In this document: positions 60,442-64,000 of the stretch, one piece after another
Numbering within the stretch: position 1 is the stretch's first letter
Layout: each line of letters begins with the position of its first letter
Source: Halocafeteria seosinensis
Lineage: Eukaryota
Assembly (NCBI GenBank): GCA_001687465.1
Contig: LVLI01000278.1
Span: 1-64,000 of the forward strand
Length of the DNA stretch: 64,000 nt
Reading direction: 5' to 3'
Made by a program: the position numbers and the translations under genes
Notes under the pieces: model-generated
Databases searched by the model: none
What the model was told of the DNA's origin: nothing
The model's input: the letters and a program-made list of their open reading frames with translations, nothing else

Positions 60442-62236
60442 TCACTGTGCCGATGTTGACTCATCTTGACTATCCGACGAGGCGGAAGATCCAACGGAGG
60501 AAGCACTCTTTATCCTGCATATAGATATATACACAATAAGAACTCATCCACTGAGAATGAGGTACAGTGCATTGTCTTTACCTCTTGAGTGAGCTTTTCC
60601 GACTCCTCGCTGCCGTCTCTTTTTGACGCCTTCGAAGCTGGATATCGGCTAGTCGTCGTTCCCATTCTTCAAAGGCTTCGATAGTCCCCTTTATAGCATT
60701 ATACCATTTCTGGGTGTCCATATCGCTCTCACTATATATGTACAGCTGCACGCACGGATGGCCATACTATATCATGGAACGACAGGAGACATCGCCGTAA
60801 CATTACTTACAGGTTCTGCAGTGTCGTTCTTGGGGTTCATGGCTATCGTTTGGGACCTCTTCGACGACTTGCACAAGGCCGGGGTATATTCAAGGATATC
60901 CAGTAATCCTGTTCCTAAACTATGGCACACACTTAGCAATAAAGTCCATTAAGTACGCCCCCCTAATCTTTACCTTACCTTTCGACTGTTCGTCCCCAGG
61001 TTTGCGATAATACACTAGAGTATGGCCTTTCAGCAGAAACCACCTACGTTTCCAGTTTTTAATAACGTGTCCTTGTTTGAACAAATATCCAGCCTTCACA
61101 TTCCGGTTCTCTAACTGTCTACCCTCAATCTGAGTCTTCAGCAGCTCGTTATCAAAATCCTCATCCTCGGCGGGAGACTTCCAAGCTGTGTCGTTCGGAT
61201 CTTTACCTTCGCCAGTAATCATGCTGCCAAGTGATCCACTCTTGAGTCTGCCATTGGATTCTCCCTTGGCTTCAGTAGATTGGCGAGTAGCATCTGATCG
61301 TGCTCGCGCCGGTCTCTTGTGTGGACCTTCGTCGGTTGGAGACGTGTTTTTGTATGGTTTTAAAGATGTAGATGAAGAGGTACTATCCTGGCTGGACATT
61401 ATGTCGGTAGAGGAAGGGGTGCTTGTTTCTGGAAGCCATTCCGGGAGCGCTGCTAAGGCAGCCGCGGCTCGAGACTGCCTTGGTGGCGAACTGTGCGTGT
61501 TCGACCGATACGGGAGTAACCGAGGAAAGGACATCCTACTTTGCTTCTCACCAGATTGCTTATTGATCTTACTCAACGCTTCATCAGGGTCCATAATAGA
61601 AGGTAGAAGCAACTGATAAAGCTTGTCCCCATCTGTAAACTTTGCAGATTCGCTCTGTGAGGGCGGGACTGTTGTAAGCAGGCCAGCATGGATGAGCCTC
61701 TGGCCCAGGTTTACTGCATGTTGTCTCGTCGCAACTTGTCTAGAAAATACTAAGAACTCTACCAACTCCCGTCCGACCAAACAATCCGGGATATTCTTGA
61801 ATCTGTGACTTCTCTCTCGAGTTAATCCCAGTACTTTCAACCTTCTCGCCAGACCTTGCAGGGACGACGATCTAAAAGGCTGTCTGGGGAGTCCTAATGC
61901 GTAAATCTGAGTCGGCGAAGGAATCATCGACTGGAAATGGGGAGGAGGTCCTTCGTTCTCCCAATCATGCCAGGGAGACGCTCGGCAAGCATTAACCGAT
62001 GCCTGGGAAAGCTGGCGAGCCATGCCTTGGATCTGCTCCGGATCCTTGAGGACATCCTCTTGTTTTTCTCCCTTGTTTCCTCCTTCACTGGCGGGATCAG
62101 CTACTCTTCGAAGTATGCTACTAGCAGTCGGAGGCTCTGCCCACTCATACGCTGCAAAGGAGGCGTTCAAAGTCAACAAGAGGGCCGTCATGAGTCGACT
62201 GCACTTACCATTTTGTTCCTCCGAGTTCATCCTCAT
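60442..62236 (-). CDS. DEP domain + PH domain protein (5' end uncertain)
   Basis: DEP: RSHRFKNIPDCLVGRELVEFL...TRQHAVNLGQRLIHAGLL...FTDGDKLYQL. PH: KAGYLFKQGHVIKNWKRRWFLL...LVYY and, spliced, LYIYSESDMDTQKWYNAI. Stop TGA at 60442-60444. Confidence 0.85.
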
Positions 62237-62642
62237 TGGGTTCTACACATCTATGCCATTTCTCATGCCAGCAGATCGATACGACTGCCCACTGCGTAAC
62301 TTGTTGAGCAAACGTCGAAAGAAACACAACCAATCTCGCTAATTCCACATCTCTGTCGCATGATAGGATTCCGCAGGGAGCAAGTAAGTTGAATGCCTTC
62401 CAACAAAGAAAGAAAGCAGCCATCCAAGGATGTTATTCGTCGTAGTGATAGTAGGATGGATATACTAGAGGGTAATGGAAAGGCCCGATCGACAGATTTG
62501 GGTATTGAGTCGTATATACTTCCTGTAAAGAATGGCGTTAAACGATTGACAAACTGGGTACATGGCTGACGTTTATATGATTTGGTGCCAAAACTCGATG
62601 TCTCGTTTGTTAAAGCGCCTCCAGAATCGGAAGTAGAACAAA

Positions 62643-63308
62643 ATGTCTCTAGTGCAGGTACGGAAACAACGGGAGCACAAGGAAAAACTGAGAGAGGTAC
62701 AGGAACGCAAGAAATTGGCCGCCATCAAAGCATCAACGGAACTCCCTGCAATCCACGTAAAAGACCATTTTACTAATGAAGACCTTGTTTTGAATACAGT
62801 TCCCGCAGTGAGGCCTCTCTATGACGATAGGCAATCTTCACACGTCAAGTCAATCAAGAAGAGAATGGAAATAGCCGCCATGGATGATAGAATCAACAAT
62901 GACCGCGGGTATTCTGCTTACAAGAAAGTTGATCCACTGAGTGGCGATCCCTATCCACGTACACTTATTGCTGACCCAATTCGAGCGGCAGAGGTCCAGA
63001 TTCTCAGAGAGAAACAAAAAGCAAAGATTGAGGAAGCAGAAGAGCGAGAGCGGCGTCGTGAGAAGCAGAGACGAGTAGTTCTACGGAGAACTCATCCCAA
63101 ATGGAGGCGCGAGTACGTAAAGCAGCAATTTGAAATCGAGAAAGAGCAGGTAAGGATCGAGTTTTGCTGCTGAGGCCATTATATCTCTTCTAGTATCCAT
63201 TTCTGAGGTGGGATTTCTTCTCAGACAAAAAGTGATTTAGAGCAGTTAAAGAAGGACTATGAGATGGAGCTTGCCACTAAACTTGTTGAACTAGGTCTCA
63301 TCAAGTAG
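62643..63308 (+). CDS. Hypothetical coiled-coil protein (5' end uncertain)
   Basis: 176-aa charged ORF, then an intron gtaagg..ctcag, then TKSDLEQLKKDYEMELATKLVELGLIK*. Confidence 0.6.
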
Positions 63309-63430
63309 CGAGTATAGGAAACTGTTACGATCGCGCATCAATGCTCCACAGTTTCTCAATAAGCGAAACGACAACAGATGGGAAGCACGCTTCAACACGC
63401 AGCTCACCACGTTCAAAATATAAATGCTTG

Positions 63431-64000
63431 CTATGCGGTAAAGAAGAGTTTGGAAACCAACGAAAGCTTCGGACTTTCCAGTACCACGGCATCATCGTTT
63501 AACAACTTCTGTCTATCGTCCTGAGACAATGTACCGACGGTACCGTGATAATTTATATAAAAATACTCTTGCGAAATGATCAATTCTGCGCACATACAGA
63601 CAACCGAATAAATGAATAAATTACTTTGGCCCTTTTGGAAATCCGTTCCTTGCCCTTGTTCCAGGCGTCTCATGCAGGGCGACCTCTAGGACCGACATCC
63701 CCTGCTTAGGCTCGACCACTAACTAAAGTCCATTAAGAGTTTTGATGTACCAGTCTACCAGTAGCGTTTCGAGTGCCCTGTTGCGGAACGTAGCTAAAGT
63801 TTCTGACCCAGCGTTTGAGGGTGAGTGTTCAGACGTCCCAGATAAGAAAAGAACAGTGAACATCCATCCTTCCGTCGCTGCCATATCAGGGGATACAACT
63901 TTTATTATTCGCTCCTCCCGGCGGTCCAAGCTTTTCTGGGATCCTGGGGAACCGAGGTAGCTTACCTCAGGTAAGCAGCTTACCGTAAGATTGAAGAGCG
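63431..64000 (-). CDS. 3' portion of an unidentified spliced gene running off the window
   Basis: Minus-strand ORF segments 63723-63929 and 63431-63673, with gtaag-type donor sites near 63965 and 63983. Confidence 0.35.

Noticed and set aside
1..64000. Alternative genetic code (stop reassignment) to explain interrupted frames
   Set aside because: Conserved genes translate cleanly with the standard code once introns are removed, and they end in TAA, TAG and TGA.

Overview
Gene-dense nuclear DNA (roughly 48% GC by eye) of a unicellular, probably flagellated eukaryote. It uses the standard code and short GT-AG introns (about 47-145 nt), with very short intergenic spacers. About 22 genes can be assembled. 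Recognisable products: a LamG/filamin type-I membrane protein, TAF12-like, a glutaredoxin-DUF442 fusion, EDC4/Ge-1, regucalcin, PTC7, tetraspanin-like, Patched/NPC1-like, thioredoxin-UBA-PUB, a 3867-aa chorein-N (VPS13-superfamily) protein, a CENP-B/Tc5-type HTH protein, a multi-TM hybrid histidine kinase, anoctamin, a GT7 glycosyltransferase, a Tctex1-family dynein light chain, TIM17, a degenerate FAAL/DIP2-like protein, SETD9-like, MIS12 and a DEP-PH protein. The most interesting items are the hybrid histidine kinase, whose ~10-TM sensor has opsin-like helix patterns (possible divergent histidine-kinase rhodopsin with an extra Lys-bearing helix pair), a hairpin-containing ~125-bp tandem array next to it, and the split DUF442-glutaredoxin fusion. 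All family calls come from motif recognition by eye; no database searches were run. Exon boundaries are manual predictions.
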